Shown in pieces: positions 26,463-34,882 of a DNA stretch of 64,000 nucleotides. The number at the start of each line of letters is the position of its first letter. Positions within the stretch are counted from its first letter, which is position 1. The DNA comes from an uncultured Thermodesulfobacteriota bacterium. Lineage in GTDB: Bacteria > Desulfobacterota > GWC2-55-46 > JADFVP01. Location: NCBI GenBank assembly GCA_964472295.1, contig CAYYJQ010000009.1, positions 244 to 64,243 on the forward strand, in the 5' to 3' direction. Made by a program: the position numbers and the translations under genes. Below the pieces are notes generated by a model. That model did not search any database. It was not told the origin of the DNA and worked only from the letters and a program-made list of their open reading frames with translations.

Positions 26463-27673
26463 CCTGCTCTCTTCTCCTTGAGTCTCATGGACCCCCGAAG
26501 GGTCTTTATTACGGCATTTGCCACGAACCTTACGTCCTGATCTGAAAGGGACGGGTATATGGGGAGGCTCGCCTCGGAGGCGTAAAAGGCCTCTGCCGAG
26601 GGATATTCTCCGCCGCGGAAACCAAAATTGGCCCTGTAATAGGGCTGGAGATGCACGGGTATGTAATGGACCTGAAGGGCTATACCCTCGCTTAGCATGG
26701 AGTTGAACCACCCGGCCTTGTCAATGCCGAGCCTCGCGAAGTCCACTCGCAGGGGGTAGAGGTGCCATGCGCTCCCGCTTCCATGGGGCGCGGAAGGGAT
26801 GGCGAGCATCTCGCCATGACAGGCGAAGAGCCTCGTGTAGAGGGCGGCAATCTCTCTACGCCTCTCCATGAAGGAGCCGATCTTTCTGAGTTGGCTGAGA
26901 CCCAGGGCGCACTGTATGTCTGAAATCCTGTAATTAAAGCCCAGGGAACGCATCTCATACTTCCAGGGCGCCCAGCGTTCGCCCTGTTGAGGCGTCTTTG
27001 TAATCCCATGAGAGCGGATTTCAAGAAGTTTCCTGTAGAGGTCCTCGTCATTGGTGGTTACGGCCCCTCCCTCGCCCGTTGTGATGGACTTTACGGGGTG
27101 GAAACTGAAGACCGTCATGTCGGAATAATCACAGCCGCCAACCATGCGCTTTCTGCCCCTTGAGTCCAGAAAGGACGCCCCAAGGGCGTGGCAGGCGTCT
27201 TCTATTACAACGGCCCCGGACCTTGAGGCCATGGCCCCAAAGGTCTCCATGTCAAGGGGCGCGCCGCCGTAATGCACGGGGATAACGGCGCTCACACCGC
27301 CCTTGAGAGCCTCGGCTGTCTTCTCAAGGTCCATGACCCCTGTCTCCTCAACAACGTCCACGAAAAGAGGAGTCGCGCCCGTGTAGAGCGCGGCGTTGGG
27401 AGTGGCCACAAAGGTATTGGGCGTTGTAAGGACTCTTTTACCCCCTTCAAGGCCCGCGGCAAGACAGGCCATGTGCAGGGCCGCCGTGCCGCTTGAGCAG
27501 GCAACTGCGTATCTCGCGCCAACGTACGCCGACAGCGCCTCCTCAAAGGCCCCTACAAGGGGTCCCTGCGTAAGATACTGGGACTCAAGGACCTCAAGTA
27601 CAGACCTTGTATCTTCCACGCCTATTGTCTGACCTCCGTAAGCGATAGGTCTTTTTCTTCTCACCCCTGTCAA
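26459..27673 (-). CDS. pseC: DegT/DnrJ/EryC1-family PLP aminotransferase, PseC-like (UDP-4-amino-4,6-dideoxy-AltNAc aminotransferase).
   Basis: ...GQTIGVEDTRSVLEVLESQYLTQGPLVGAFEEALSAYVGARYAVACSSGTAALHMA... is the typical DegT N-terminus. 404 aa. The start may be slightly downstream of 27673, since it overlaps the pseB 3' end. Confidence 0.75.
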   Translation of the reverse strand: MTGVRRKRPIAYGGQTIGVEDTRSVLEVLESQYLTQGPLVGAFEEALSAYVGARYAVACSSGTAALHMACLAAGLEGGKRVLTTPNTFVATPNAALYTGATPLFVDVVEETGVMDLEKTAEALKGGVSAVIPVHYGGAPLDMETFGAMASRSGAVVIEDACHALGASFLDSRGRKRMVGGCDYSDMTVFSFHPVKSITTGEGGAVTTNDEDLYRKLLEIRSHGITKTPQQGERWAPWKYEMRSLGFNYRISDIQCALGLSQLRKIGSFMERRREIAALYTRLFACHGEMLAIPSAPHGSGSAWHLYPLRVDFARLGIDKAGWFNSMLSEGIALQVHYIPVHLQPYYRANFGFRGGEYPSAEAFYASEASLPIYPSLSDQDVRFVANAVIKTLRGSMRLKEKRAG

Positions 27674-28640
27674 ACTCCCTTATTATCTTGTGAAGTTGAA
27701 ATCTGTCGAGTTTCATCTCATTGGTATCGCTGGAATAGTAAAAGCCCTCGGGCACACGCTCGCCGCCAACGTCTTTCTCCGCGCCCCACCAGGGAAAGTG
27801 GGGCTGAACAACATAGTGGTCATCAAACTCCAGAGTGAGCCTGCCGTCTTCCCGTGATATGAGGACCTCGTGGAGTTTCTCACCGGGCCTGATGCCTATG
27901 AGGTTGAAGGAGCACTCTGGAGAGATGGCCCGGGCAACGTCGGCGATGGAAGAACTCGCTATCTTTGGGACGAATATCTCGCCGCCGCGCATCCGCTCAA
28001 GGGACTTGATGACAAAGATGGCGCTCTCATCAAGGGTTATCCAGAAACGGGTCATGCGCATATCCGTAATGGGCATGACGCCCGCCTTTTTATTCTTCAG
28101 AAAGAGGGGGATGACGCTTCCACGGCTTCCGGCCACGTTGCCGTAGCGCACGACGGAAAAGCGTGTGGGCTTTGGACCGGCGTAGGAGTTGCCGGAAATG
28201 AAGAGTTTATCGGAACAGAGTTTCGTGGCGCCGTAGAGGTTCACGGGGTTTACGGCCTTGTCCGTGGAGAGGGCCACGACCTTCCTCACGCCAGTGTCCA
28301 TGGATACGTCGATTATGTTCTTTGCCCCGAGGATATTTGTCTTTATGACCTCAAAGGGGTTGTACTCCGCGGCAGGGACCTGCTTCAGGGCCGCGGCGTG
28401 TATGACGTAATCAACACCCTCGAAGGCCCTGTAAAGACGCTCCTTGTCGCGAACATCGCCGAGAAAGAACCTTAGAAGCGAACTCCCGAACCGTGCGTTC
28501 ATCTCGTACTGCTTGAGCTCGTCGCGGCTCAAGATGATGAGTTTCTTCGGTCTGTGCCTCGACAGTATTATCTCCGTGAGTTTGTTTCCAAGTGAACCTG
28601 TGCCGCCGGTTATTAAGATGGTCTTGTCTTCAAGATACAT
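27594..28640 (-). CDS. pseB: UDP-GlcNAc 4,6-dehydratase (inverting), PseB-like.
   Basis: MYLEDKTILITGGTGSLGNKL...YGATKLCSDKLF has the Rossmann motif plus the YxxxK catalytic pair. I chose the start at MYLEDK because the track's upstream extension would overlap the sigma-54 promoter. Confidence 0.8.
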   Translation of the reverse strand: MYLEDKTILITGGTGSLGNKLTEIILSRHRPKKLIILSRDELKQYEMNARFGSSLLRFFLGDVRDKERLYRAFEGVDYVIHAAALKQVPAAEYNPFEVIKTNILGAKNIIDVSMDTGVRKVVALSTDKAVNPVNLYGATKLCSDKLFISGNSYAGPKPTRFSVVRYGNVAGSRGSVIPLFLKNKKAGVMPITDMRMTRFWITLDESAIFVIKSLERMRGGEIFVPKIASSSIADVARAISPECSFNLIGIRPGEKLHEVLISREDGRLTLEFDDHYVVQPHFPWWGAEKDVGGERVPEGFYYSSDTNEMKLDRFQLHKIIREFDRGEKKKTYRLRRSDNRRGRYKVCT

Positions 28641-28672
28641 GGGCAATCCTCCTTTTCTCCCATACTTGTAAT

Positions 28673-28687
28673 GCAACTTGTATGCCA
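28673..28687 (-). promoter_or_regulatory. Sigma-54 promoter of the pseB-led glycosylation operon.
   Basis: The minus strand reads TGGCATACAAGTTGCA, which is TGGCAC-N5-TTGCA with one mismatch. It ends ~33 nt upstream of the pseB ATG. Confidence 0.55.
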
Positions 28688-28930
28688 TGGAAAATCAAGG
28701 GGCCATTAAGGCGCAACACCCCCCTGAAGGCGCGTAGCCTCGGGAAAAAATGCGGTGTGACAAAAAAATGACAGGATATTGGAGTGTAAAAAAAAGATTA
28801 ACGAGAAAGGGAAAGCGGAAAAGAATCAACTGCCGTGGATGTAACCTGCCAGCGGCCAATGGCCGGTGTAAGGGAAAAACCCCCTTGAGAGAGACCTTGT
28901 AGAGGAGATAAAAAAAGGGCGTAAAACAAA

Positions 28931-28970
28931 TCCCCGCCCCCCCTGCCCCTACTTGCCCCCTAAGCCCCCT
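28931..28970. repeat. G-run tract on the minus sense strand (GGGGCTTAGGGGGCAAGTAGGGGCAGGGGGGGCGGGG) around the fliW stop codon, overlapping its last ~11 nt.
   Basis: Read directly. Same motif family as 3752-3965. Confidence 0.55.
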
Positions 28971-29457
28971 TTGCGGCGTCCTCACGGGCCGCGTCAAGAC
29001 CCGCAAGTTCCACGGCAAACCGGCACTCGTATTCGTCTCTGTCTATTATGCACTGCATGGCGAGCATGGACCCGGTATTCAGCAAGACCGGCGCCTTGAG
29101 GTTCAGGCTCACGCTACCCTTTACCTCCGAGGCCGATACCATGACAAAGACCACAATGGAATCAACTGAAGAGGCCCCAAGGTCTTGAAGATAATTATCC
29201 CTCAAGGGCACGGTGTACCCTGACTTGAAGAGACGGGGATATGTGAGAAGAAAGGCAACCCCGGGGTCCTCAATGGACTGAAGCCACTTGAAGACCCCGT
29301 CACTGTCATGATCAAGAAGGACAAAATCCCTCAGACCCTCGAAACCGGGCATGCCGCGAACAAGCCGTATCACCTTCGCGCCCTCCACCCGTATCACCCC
29401 AAAACGCGAAGACTCGAACTCAATCATCCCTGCGGAGATCTCATCTCTTTCCCTCAT
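28960..29457 (-). CDS. fliW: Flagellar assembly factor FliW, the CsrA antagonist.
   Basis: 165 aa of DUF180/FliW type (MIEFESSRFGVIRVEG...GMPGFEGLRDFVLL...). It is adjacent to csrA. AAGGAGA lies 9 nt upstream of the ATG at 29457. Confidence 0.75.
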   Translation of the reverse strand: MRERDEISAGMIEFESSRFGVIRVEGAKVIRLVRGMPGFEGLRDFVLLDHDSDGVFKWLQSIEDPGVAFLLTYPRLFKSGYTVPLRDNYLQDLGASSVDSIVVFVMVSASEVKGSVSLNLKAPVLLNTGSMLAMQCIIDRDEYECRFAVELAGLDAAREDAAKGA

Positions 29458-29683
29458 TTTTCCCTATCTCCTTGAGCCGGCTTGTTATAGCCACGGCATC
29501 CACCATCGACGCGCTCCTGTTCTCTTCCTCTATCCTCAGGTAAATCTCTTCCCTGTGAATGGAACGCCCACGAGGGGCTTCTATGCCCAACTTTACCTGA
29601 TTGTCACGTATCTCAATGACAACAACCCTAATATCGTCGTCTACCCTGATGCCCTCATCAACCCTCCTCGTAAGAACAAGCAC
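29441..29683 (-). CDS. csrA: Carbon storage regulator CsrA, the FliW-partnered type.
   Basis: (V)LVLTRRVDEGIRVDDDIRVVVIEIRDNQVKLGIEAPRGRSIHREEIY is a canonical CsrA. The start is GTG at 29683, with AGGGAGGG 3 nt upstream. The track's 52-aa N-terminal extension is rejected. Confidence 0.8.
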   Translation of the reverse strand: MLVLTRRVDEGIRVDDDIRVVVIEIRDNQVKLGIEAPRGRSIHREEIYLRIEEENRSASMVDAVAITSRLKEIGKNEGKR

Positions 29684-29722
29684 ACGCGCCCTCCCTGGCA
29701 TAAAAAAAGAAGAAAACCTTCC

Positions 29723-29746
29723 GCTTTCTTTTGGAAAAAAGAAAGT
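29723..29746. repeat. AT-rich palindrome family, copy P2: GCTTTCTTTTGGAAAAAAGAAAGT, followed by TTTTTGATTGAAG.
   Basis: It lies 40 nt upstream of the csrA GTG start. Same arms as P3-P7. Confidence 0.6.
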
Positions 29747-29862
29747 TTTTTGATTGAAGCGCATTGTCCCTCTGGTTTTTTGGAACCTGTAGCATAACAG
29801 GCACTTTTCAAAAGTAGAAACATCGCCAGAGAAAACCAATATTCAAAGGTCCTATTTCTCTG

Positions 29863-29942
29863 CCGCCCCCCCACTCAAATCCCCTGTCGCCCCCCCTTTG
29901 GTCCCCCCCATGCCCTCTTGGCCCCCATGCCCCCATGGCCCC
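29863..29942. repeat. G-run tract on the minus sense strand immediately 3' of the flgL stop.
   Basis: On the plus strand: ccgcccccccactcaaatcccctgtcgccccccctttggtcccccccatgccctcttggcccccatgcccccatggcccc. Confidence 0.55.
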
Positions 29943-30823
29943 TAAAGGAAATCAAGGATACTCTGGCGTAGTATCTTTGCCGAGGAGTTCATGGCCGCCT
30001 GAAGGGCCGTGTTTCCAAGTTGAAGTTCGGATATGACCTTCGTAATATCCGCGTCCTCCATATTGGATATGCTTATCCTGAGGTCCAGTTTAAACCTTGA
30101 TATGGCGTCAGCGGCGCTCTTTAGACGAAGCGTCCTTCCGCCCACATCTGAAATTGCGTTGGATATCTGCGTCGAGGCGGTCTCGAGCGATGTTATGGAG
30201 GCCCTGATGCCTGCCGTGTCATTTGCGTCAAGGGCGGTTATCATGTCCGAGACTATCTGAAATACGTCCACACCTCCTCCCGTGCCCTTGAAGACCTTGC
30301 CTCCGTTCATGCCAAGGGTCATGGAACTCTGGTTATTGATGTTTATTACCCTCTCGCCGCTGTCTCCGTTATAGGCGCCCGTGGAGTCAAAGGGCGGCGT
30401 ATCGGTCTTGTTGCCGGCAAAGATGTGCCCGCCCTCGAAACTCGTATCAGCAAGGGTGACAAGGCTTCCAAAGAGGCTCCTGGCCTCTGTCGAGGCGGCC
30501 TTCCTCGACTCGGGGTTGGCCGTCTCCGTGGCGTTGAGCACGGCGAGTTCCTTGAGACGGCCAAGTATGCCGTTACTCTCCGAGAGGGCGTTCTCCGCCA
30601 CACCGAGATAGGACTGGCCAGAGCCTATGTTCCTCTCATACTGCGTAAGTCTCGAGAGGAAGGACTTTGAGTCAAGGAGTTTGCCCACCCGGGCAGGGTC
30701 GTCCGAGGGGGTCGAGAGTTTCTTTCCCGTGGAGAGTTGGCTCTGTGTCTTGAAAAGGGCCTGGTACTGCCGCGTGATGTCGTTCATGTAGGACCGGAAA
30801 AGTATATTACTGGTTACACGCAC
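29942..30823 (-). CDS. flgL: Flagellar hook-associated protein 3 (FlgL).
   Basis: 293 aa. MRVTSNILFRSYMNDITRQYQALFKTQSQLSTGKKLSTPSDDP is the flagellin-like N-terminus typical of FlgL. It follows flgK. Confidence 0.75.
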   Translation of the reverse strand: MRVTSNILFRSYMNDITRQYQALFKTQSQLSTGKKLSTPSDDPARVGKLLDSKSFLSRLTQYERNIGSGQSYLGVAENALSESNGILGRLKELAVLNATETANPESRKAASTEARSLFGSLVTLADTSFEGGHIFAGNKTDTPPFDSTGAYNGDSGERVININNQSSMTLGMNGGKVFKGTGGGVDVFQIVSDMITALDANDTAGIRASITSLETASTQISNAISDVGGRTLRLKSAADAISRFKLDLRISISNMEDADITKVISELQLGNTALQAAMNSSAKILRQSILDFL

Positions 30824-30836
30824 CCTTCTTTTCCCC

Positions 30837-32477
30837 CTATCTTATTGCAAGAAGCGTATCGAACATCTCGTTGGCAGTTGTCATGAGTTTTGCCGCGGCC
30901 TCGAAGGCCTTCTGGAGTTTGATCATGTTCACTGTCTCTTCGTCCATGGAGACGCCGGAGATGGAATCTCTCCGCGTTGTTATCTGGTCCACAACGGCCT
31001 GACTGGCCTGAAGGTTGTTCTCCGTCTCATTGGCCTTTGTGCCTGTCTCTGATATAAGGCCCTGATAAAAGCCCGAGAAGGTCGAACCATTAACGCTTGC
31101 CGCGTCGCGAAGCCCTGAGAGCAGGAGGGCGTTGGAGTTGTCGCCCGGAAGGCCAGAGGATGTGCCCGAGGCCGCTATCTGTGCCGTGTCCGCAAGGGCA
31201 ACGCCAATGTGCATGGCCGCGCTCTTCGTGGCGCTGACGCTGAAGGCGTCTCCGGCAAGGGGCCCCGCGGGGCTGTCCGTTATGGTGACGCTCAGGCCGT
31301 CAAATGTTATGGCAGAGCCCGATGTATATGCCCCGCTCGTCACAACGGAGTTATCACCCATGTTTACCACCACGTAGTTCGAGGGCCCAGAGAACCGTAT
31401 CTCATAATCATCGAGCGTTAGAAGCGAGGGGTCTGTAATGGCGCCCCCTGATATGAGGGCCCCGCCCGTGTTCCGGCTCTTCTTCGCGGTCTCCACGTTC
31501 ATGGGCGTGAAAAAATCAAGGCCAGTGCTCGAATCAAGGCCAAAACCGGCCCTGTGCCGGACATTGACCTCTTTTATGACAGCGGCGCCGAGGGTATTCA
31601 GACTATCAAGGGCTGACGTGAGGTCACTCCTTCCGTCTATATACCCCTTGAGGCTCCCAGAGGTTATCCTTCCCGTAAGGTCCGCGCCCTTGTATGTAAC
31701 CTCTGTAAGGAGGTTATTGTCCTTGTTCACGCGGACCCCGAGGGACGTGCTCGTAACGCCTGATACGAGGGAGAAGCCCCCGTCCGTTACCACGTCAATG
31801 ACCCCGGGGGAAGACTCTATGGTGGTGACGCCAATCTTTCCGGCAAGTTCAGAGATAAGGTTGTCCCGCCTGTCCTTAAGGTCGTTGCTCGAGGCGCCGC
31901 CAATGTCAAGGGCCTGTATCTCCTTGTTAAGACCGGCTATCTCGGCGGTAAGGTTGTTTATGCCGTCTACCATGCCGGCTATGCCGCTGTTCACGTTGCC
32001 GATGCCGCGCCTCAGGCGGGCGTCCATGTTGGCGAAGGCGTCGGAGAGCACGGCGCCGCTCGATAGCACGGCCTGACGCGCCAGCCTTGAGGCAGGGTCG
32101 GTGGAGAGTTCCTCGAAGGAGTTGAAAAAGTCGTCAAGGGGTTTACTGAGCCCGGCGCCGCCAAGGTCGTTGAGTATGCCTTCGAGGTCCTGAAGAATGC
32201 CCGCGCGGGAGGTATCGGCGGAGAGGCCGCTCTTTGCGTCGTTTAGTTGAAGCCCAATGAAGCGGTCATAGACCCTCTCGACGTTGCTTACGTCCACGCC
32301 GGTCCCGAAGAACTGATTGCCGAATTTCACCGCGTCCCTGGCCCTGAGTTCGGCCCTCTGGCGCGTGTACCCCGGTGTATTTACATTCGCGATATTATGC
32401 GATGTTACGTCAAGGGCCTCCTGCGAGGCATTAAGGCCTGTCCTCGCTATACTGAATATTCCGTTAAGAGACGGCAT
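30837..32477 (-). CDS. flgK: Flagellar hook-associated protein 1 (FlgK).
   Basis: MPSLNGIFSIARTGLNASQEALDVTSHNIANVNTPGYTRQ is the FlgK N-terminus. The C-terminal end is ...EETVNMIKLQKAFEAAAKLMTTANEMFDTLLAI. I chose the start at MPSLNG, overlapping the flgN stop. Confidence 0.85.
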   Translation of the reverse strand: MPSLNGIFSIARTGLNASQEALDVTSHNIANVNTPGYTRQRAELRARDAVKFGNQFFGTGVDVSNVERVYDRFIGLQLNDAKSGLSADTSRAGILQDLEGILNDLGGAGLSKPLDDFFNSFEELSTDPASRLARQAVLSSGAVLSDAFANMDARLRRGIGNVNSGIAGMVDGINNLTAEIAGLNKEIQALDIGGASSNDLKDRRDNLISELAGKIGVTTIESSPGVIDVVTDGGFSLVSGVTSTSLGVRVNKDNNLLTEVTYKGADLTGRITSGSLKGYIDGRSDLTSALDSLNTLGAAVIKEVNVRHRAGFGLDSSTGLDFFTPMNVETAKKSRNTGGALISGGAITDPSLLTLDDYEIRFSGPSNYVVVNMGDNSVVTSGAYTSGSAITFDGLSVTITDSPAGPLAGDAFSVSATKSAAMHIGVALADTAQIAASGTSSGLPGDNSNALLLSGLRDAASVNGSTFSGFYQGLISETGTKANETENNLQASQAVVDQITTRRDSISGVSMDEETVNMIKLQKAFEAAAKLMTTANEMFDTLLAIR

Positions 32478-32478
32478 C

Positions 32479-32937
32479 TCATACCCCCCTGCTAAGGCGC
32501 GCTCCCTTGAGAGACAGGCCCGATCTGTGGCCCGTCGCGCCGTAGGCGCCGCCCGAAAAAAAGGACTCCATGAGGTCAAGGGCCTGATTTACCCTCTCAA
32601 GGGAGGCGCTCATGATGAGACGGTTCTGCCTGTTCATCTCACGCGCCCGCTCCATCTCACGCGCAAGCCCCTTGATGGACGCGCCAAGGGCCGGGCCTTT
32701 ATCAGCCACCCCGGCCGGGCCTGTTTCATGCGCCGAACCGAGGCCCTTGAGGCCGTCCCTTCTGGAGGCAAGGCCCTCGATACGGACAAGAATGGCGTCC
32801 TTTCGGGCAAGGACCTTGTAAAGGGTCCGGTAATCTCTCTCTATAATCGTTTTTCGCTCCTCTTCAAGGACCGCCTGAAGCTCAACATAGGCACTGGTCT
32901 CCATTGAGAGGCGCTCGGCAAGGGATGCGCGGGCCAT
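32479..32937 (-). CDS. flgN: FlgN-like export chaperone for FlgK/FlgL.
   Basis: 152-aa helical protein directly upstream of flgK and downstream of flgM. Weak FlgN-like pattern. Confidence 0.45.
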   Translation of the reverse strand: MARASLAERLSMETSAYVELQAVLEEERKTIIERDYRTLYKVLARKDAILVRIEGLASRRDGLKGLGSAHETGPAGVADKGPALGASIKGLAREMERAREMNRQNRLIMSASLERVNQALDLMESFFSGGAYGATGHRSGLSLKGARLSRGV

Positions 32938-32942
32938 GTGTC

Positions 32943-33260
32943 TTAAGCGAGGTAACGGTGGGTCTTGTTGAAGTCAATGGCCTTTTTTATGATGGATTCC
33001 GCCACTTTGGCGGCCTTGACGCTGTACTTTCCGTCTTTGACGTCCTCTTTTATCTGGTCAATCTTCTCGGCCCTCACGTCAGGCGAGGCCTCTATGAGTT
33101 TTCTGAGGTGCGCCAGTCTCTTGGCCTTGTGCGAGACATTGACCTTGTCCATGATGACGCCCTTGTTAATGGCCGGGCGCTGTCTTGTCTTGAGTTCCTT
33201 TGTCGTGTTCTGAAGTTTTACCTGTGCGTCAACCGCCGGATTCTTTCCAGTAATCTTCAT
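32943..33260 (-). CDS. flgM: Anti-sigma-28 factor FlgM.
   Basis: 105 aa. The C-terminus EKIDQIKEDVKDGKYSVKAAKVAESIIK matches the conserved sigma-28-binding helix of FlgM. Confidence 0.75.
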   Translation of the reverse strand: MKITGKNPAVDAQVKLQNTTKELKTRQRPAINKGVIMDKVNVSHKAKRLAHLRKLIEASPDVRAEKIDQIKEDVKDGKYSVKAAKVAESIIKKAIDFNKTHRYLA

Positions 33261-33301
33261 ACCTCTGCCTCCATCTTTGTCTAAGGTTTGCCTTGTTTTA
33301 T

Positions 33302-33340
33302 TTAACGGTAATGGCCAGAAAAAACTTTAGTATTTTTTTT
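33302..33340 (-). promoter_or_regulatory. Possible sigma-28-type promoter for flgM.
   Basis: The minus strand reads CTAAAG-N15-ACCGTTAA, which matches 6 of 8 to GCCGATAA. It lies ~45 nt upstream of the flgM ATG. Confidence 0.3.
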
Positions 33341-33450
33341 ATTTTTCAAGGGGCCTGTTTTTTGGTGGGCAGTGCGCACCCTGCTATTTGTCGGGCTTCG
33401 CTTTGCTCTACCCGACCTTCTTTCTTCTTTTAGCGGGCAGTGCCTGTCCT

Positions 33451-33768
33451 CTACTTTTCATGCAGAAAGTCTTTAAGGAGCATCTTTCCAAGTCCCACGC
33501 CGCCCGCGGCGGCCATGTCCTTTGAGATCTCCCAGTCAAAGAGCGAGGTATATATGTCTTCTCTCATGCCGCCCTTGAAGAGGCCGCTCTTCAGGACTGT
33601 TGAGCGCATGGTCTTGAGCATATGGTTGATAAAGAGGGCCTCGAATTCATTTACAGCCTTTTTGAGCCTTTTCTTATCACTCCCGCCCTCCCCTGCCTCT
33701 GCCACGGGCACGCGGTCAGGTTTTAAGCCATCCCTTAAGGTTTTATTCATAACTATTTGAGTTTTCAT
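33451..33768 (-). CDS. flgJ: Rod-binding protein (FlgJ N-terminal domain homologue).
   Basis: KKAVNEFEALFINHMLKTMRSTV is the Rod_binding motif. It is ~105 aa with no muramidase domain. I chose the start at MKTQIVMNK. Confidence 0.55.
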   Translation of the reverse strand: MKTQIVMNKTLRDGLKPDRVPVAEAGEGGSDKKRLKKAVNEFEALFINHMLKTMRSTVLKSGLFKGGMREDIYTSLFDWEISKDMAAAGGVGLGKMLLKDFLHEK

Positions 33769-33769
33769 C

Positions 33770-34882
33770 TTAAATAACCTCAAGTTCGGCATGGAGCGCC
33801 CCGGCGGCCTTTATGGCCTCGAGTATTGCCACAAGGTCTCTTGGCGTTACTCCCACGAGGTTCAGGGCCCTGACAACGTCCTTTAGTCTCACCGCCTCGG
33901 GCAGGACTATGAGGCGCGCCTCTTTTTCCTTTACGCCAAGGGTTGCCTTTGGCTGGACCACGGTCTTTCCGGCGGCGAACTCGTTTGGCTGGGAGATTAG
34001 ATACTGGGTCTTTATCTCAACGCTTATGTCACCGTGGGATACGGCGACTTCCGAGATGGTTACGTTCTCTCCGAGGACCACCGTGCCCGTGCGCTCGTTT
34101 ATGATGACCTTTGATACGGCGTCCGTGGAGACATGGAGTTGCTCTATGAGTGACATATAGGAGTAGAGCCCCCGGCCCTTACCATCGGCGGGGAGGTCTA
34201 TCCTGAGCGTGCCGGCGTCAAGGGGCTGTGCCGCGCCCTCTCCGAGGTTCTTGTTTATGACCCCTGCCACGTGCTCCATGGTGGTAAAATCGGGCTCGCG
34301 GAGGGTAAGGAGTATGGACCCGTCATGGCCCATTTCAAGGGCCACCGCCCTCTCGACAAGGGCCCCGCCGGGTATCTTTCCCGCTGTCTGGTGATTTTTC
34401 TTAAGAGAGACCCCGGAGCCGCTGGCAAGAAAACCTCCGAGCGAGACGGCTCCCTGCGCTGTTGCGTATACGCGGCCATCGGGACCACGGAGCGGCGTCA
34501 TTATGAGCGTGCCGCCGTTAAGGGATTTGGCGTCTCCAAGGGATGATACGAGGACATCGAGCCTGCTTCCGGGGCGGAGAAAGGGCGCGAGTTCAGCGGT
34601 GACGAGGACGGCGGCGGTATTTTTTACCTTTATCTTGGCAGGGTCGAGTTTTATGCCCATCTTGACGAACATGTTGGCAACGCTCTGCCTTGTAAAGACC
34701 GAGCCGCCCTTGTCGCCCGTGCCGTCAAGGCCCACGACAAGGCCGTATCCAACAAGGTGGTTTGCGCGCACTCCCTCGAAGAAGGCGATGTCCTTTATCC
34801 TCGAAGCCAGTGCAGGGCCTGAGAGGAGCAATAAAATAATGAGGGGCATTACGCCCTTTTTAAAAAGGCCAGACATTATCAA
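33770..34882 (-). CDS. flgI: Flagellar P-ring protein FlgI.
   Basis: A signal peptide precedes IKDIAFFEGVRANHLVGYGLVVGLDGTGD, the FlgI signature. 370 aa. Confidence 0.85.
   Translation of the reverse strand: MIMSGLFKKGVMPLIILLLLSGPALASRIKDIAFFEGVRANHLVGYGLVVGLDGTGDKGGSVFTRQSVANMFVKMGIKLDPAKIKVKNTAAVLVTAELAPFLRPGSRLDVLVSSLGDAKSLNGGTLIMTPLRGPDGRVYATAQGAVSLGGFLASGSGVSLKKNHQTAGKIPGGALVERAVALEMGHDGSILLTLREPDFTTMEHVAGVINKNLGEGAAQPLDAGTLRIDLPADGKGRGLYSYMSLIEQLHVSTDAVSKVIINERTGTVVLGENVTISEVAVSHGDISVEIKTQYLISQPNEFAAGKTVVQPKATLGVKEKEARLIVLPEAVRLKDVVRALNLVGVTPRDLVAILEAIKAAGALHAELEVI

Noticed and set aside
26463-26711. 83-aa N-terminal extension of pseI in the track (25422-26711)
   Set aside because: The NeuB-family core begins at MKKVLTIGKRR, whose ATG forms an ATGA overlap with the pseC stop. 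The upstream part would overlap pseC by 250 nt.
27594-28688. Track start of pseB at 28688 (MAYKLHYKYG...)
   Set aside because: That start would place the first codons on top of the sigma-54 -24/-12 elements (28673-28687). MYLEDKTILITGG at 28640 matches the family N-terminus.
29684-29839. 52-aa N-terminal extension of csrA
   Set aside because: Canonical CsrA starts at (V)LVLTRR, with AGGGAGGG 3 nt upstream of a GTG. The extension runs through palindrome P2.
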